Positions 62,062 to 64,000 of a stretch of DNA of 64,000 bases are shown one piece after another. The notes below the pieces were generated by a model. The model did not search any database. It had not been told where the DNA came from and saw only the letters and a list, made by a program, of their open reading frames with translations. The stretch spans positions 207,267 through 271,266 of the forward strand of contig JAEZMV010000017.1 in assembly GCA_023414875.1 (NCBI GenBank), read 5' to 3'. The stretch is from Bacillota bacterium. GTDB taxonomy: Bacteria > Bacillota > Clostridia > Lachnospirales > Lachnospiraceae. Position 1 is the stretch's first letter; every line of letters begins with the position of its first letter. The position numbers and the translations under genes were made by a program.

Positions 62062-63585
62062 ATGGAGGGCAATAAGAAAATCAGATTGGAAGTGAAAAAT
62101 GTCTCTATTGAATTTCCGGGAGTTAAGGCATTATCCGAGGTTGATTTTGCAGTAGAGACCGGTGACATCAGAGCTGTAGTTGGAGCCAATGGTGCAGGAA
62201 AATCAACGTTAATGAAGGTTTTAACGGGCGTAAACCCGGATTATACAGGTGAGATCTATTTTAACGGAGAAAAGGTAGATATTAGAACTCCGCAAAAGGC
62301 AAAGGAATTAGGAATTGAAATTGTTTATCAGGAAGTAGATACGGCATTGTTTCCGGCCCAGACGGTAGCTGAAAACATCTTAATGAGCAAGATGGTCGGA
62401 GGAATGAAGGGAAAGTGTGCAATTAATTGGAAGCAGATAAGGAAAGAGGCCAGAGAGGTCTTAGATCGTTTGCATATAGATGTGGATGTGGATAAGTTGG
62501 TCGGAGATTTAAGCTTGGCACAAAAGCAGATGGTACTTGTAGCCAGGGCTGTAAAAGAAAAATGTAATTTCTTAATTCTGGACGAGCCCACCGCACCCTT
62601 AAGTATTACCGAAACTCAGGAGCTGTTTAATATAGTAAATGGGCTGATGGAAACAGAGAATATCGCAGTACTGTTTATCTCACACAGACTCCAGGAAGTA
62701 AAAGACCTATGCAAGACTATTACGGTTATGAGAAATGGGCAGATCGTAGATGAACAGCCGATCACGGCGGATCTTACTATAAAGATGATTGTTGAGAAAA
62801 TGCTGGGACAAAGCTTTGATGAGAATTTCCCTAAGGCAGTACTGACTCCCGGTGAAATCTCTTTGGAGGTAAAGAACCTATCCGATATGAATCAAATGGT
62901 CAAGGATGTATCCTTCTATATCCGCAAGGGAGAGATCGTAGGAGCTGCCGGCTTGGTGGGTGCAGGAAAAACAGAGCTATGCAAGCTGTTATTCGGTGAT
63001 ATTAAAAAATCAAAGGGACAGGTGTTTCTTAATAATAAAGAGCTGAATATCAAAAATCCTACAGATGCGGTTAAGGCAAAATTGGGATTGGTTCCAGAGG
63101 AACGAAGGAAAGAAGGCATTCTTGTTGACGAACCGGTATATTTTAATTTGTCAGCAGCAGCCTTATCAAAATTCTGTTCGAAGTTTGGTTTTGTTAATAA
63201 AAACAGTGAAATTAAAAATGCAAGGGGCTATATATCATCTCTTGGTATTAAGACACCCTCGGAACATCAGCTGGTGCGATATCTGTCCGGCGGAAATCAA
63301 CAAAAGGTATCCGTAGGAAAATGGTTAGCAGCTGATTGCGAGGTTTATATCTTTGATGAGCCTACGAAGGGAGTAGACGTTGGAGCGAAGAGAGATATTT
63401 TCCAGTTGATTCAAGACATTGCTAAATCCGGTAAATGTGTTTTGTATGCAACCTCTGAGACCAATGAAATTCTTGCAATATCGGATAGAACCTATGTAAT
63501 GTATAACGGACAAATTATGGCTGAGCTGAAAACGTCAGAAACCTCAGAAGAAGAAATTATGTATTATTCAACAGGAGGCAAATAA
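62062..63585 (+). CDS. CUT2-family (RbsA/MglA-like) two-domain ABC ATPase
   Basis: FPGVKAL, GANGAGKST, LDEPT, ISHRL, GLVGAGKTEL, LSGGNQQKV, DEPTKGVDVGAK. Confidence 0.95.
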   Translation: MEGNKKIRLEVKNVSIEFPGVKALSEVDFAVETGDIRAVVGANGAGKSTLMKVLTGVNPDYTGEIYFNGEKVDIRTPQKAKELGIEIVYQEVDTALFPAQTVAENILMSKMVGGMKGKCAINWKQIRKEAREVLDRLHIDVDVDKLVGDLSLAQKQMVLVARAVKEKCNFLILDEPTAPLSITETQELFNIVNGLMETENIAVLFISHRLQEVKDLCKTITVMRNGQIVDEQPITADLTIKMIVEKMLGQSFDENFPKAVLTPGEISLEVKNLSDMNQMVKDVSFYIRKGEIVGAAGLVGAGKTELCKLLFGDIKKSKGQVFLNNKELNIKNPTDAVKAKLGLVPEERRKEGILVDEPVYFNLSAAALSKFCSKFGFVNKNSEIKNARGYISSLGIKTPSEHQLVRYLSGGNQQKVSVGKWLAADCEVYIFDEPTKGVDVGAKRDIFQLIQDIAKSGKCVLYATSETNEILAISDRTYVMYNGQIMAELKTSETSEEEIMYYSTGGK

Positions 63586-63586
63586 A

Positions 63587-64000
63587 GTGGAAGACAAATC
63601 AAAGAGTAAAAAGAAATTTCATATAGGAAAATTTATTACGGATTGGGCGGCAGTAATCACTGTAGTAATTCTGTTATTGTTCTTTTCCATTTCTATGCCG
63701 GATATCTTCCCGACATCCAGTAATATCACCACTATTTTAAGGTCAATCTCCATTACAACCGTAATTGCTATGGGACTTACCCTGACCTTAGCTGTGGGCG
63801 GCTTCGACCTTTCCGCAGGTTCAACAGCTACAATGGCCAGCTTTTTTATGATGAGCTTTATCATTTGGTACGATATGAATATGTGGCTTGCACTTTTACT
63901 GGCGGTAGTAGGAACCCTGGCTATCACCATGGTTAATATGTTCTTGATCGTAAAATGTAAGATACCGGATCTGTTAGCAACGGTTGCAGCGATGTTTTTC
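63587..64000 (+). CDS. RbsC-like ABC permease, 3'-truncated by the window edge; absent from the ORF track
   Basis: GTG 63587 after aggagg; ...SNITTILRSISITTVIAMGLT...GGFDLSAGS; open to the window end. Confidence 0.9.
   Translation, partial: MEDKSKSKKKFHIGKFITDWAAVITVVILLLFFSISMPDIFPTSSNITTILRSISITTVIAMGLTLTLAVGGFDLSAGSTATMASFFMMSFIIWYDMNMWLALLLAVVGTLAITMVNMFLIVKCKIPDLLATVAAMFF

Overview
AT-rich Firmicute chromosomal window. Gene content and order suggest an anaerobic, spore-forming Clostridia/Lachnospiraceae-type organism (inferred, not established). It is mostly housekeeping: a pseudouridine synthase end, ligA, metA, iscR-iscS-iscU-mnmA, rqcH, gdhA, argS, a split pyr cluster, queA, T-box-pheST, mscL, yqeG-aroK-aroQ-pepP-efp, and a DeoR plus sugar ABC operon running off the end. 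Accessory blocks are a copper locus with its own two-component system, a PadR/DUF1700/DUF4097/PspC envelope-stress operon, a CYP152 P450, an IS21 transposase scar and a decayed P-loop ATPase gene. No rRNA, tRNA, CRISPR array, prophage or intact transposase was seen. The best candidates for under-described biology are: (1) an orphan operon pairing CheY with a CheX phosphatase carrying three MshEN-like c-di-GMP motifs; (2) modular palindromic intergenic repeats sitting directly behind intrinsic terminators; (3) an ON-switch RNA leader before a MATE pump (candidate Na+ riboswitch); (4) an ANTAR-type attenuator before gdhA; (5) the multi-component copper operon. All family calls come from reading motifs by eye; no database search was run.
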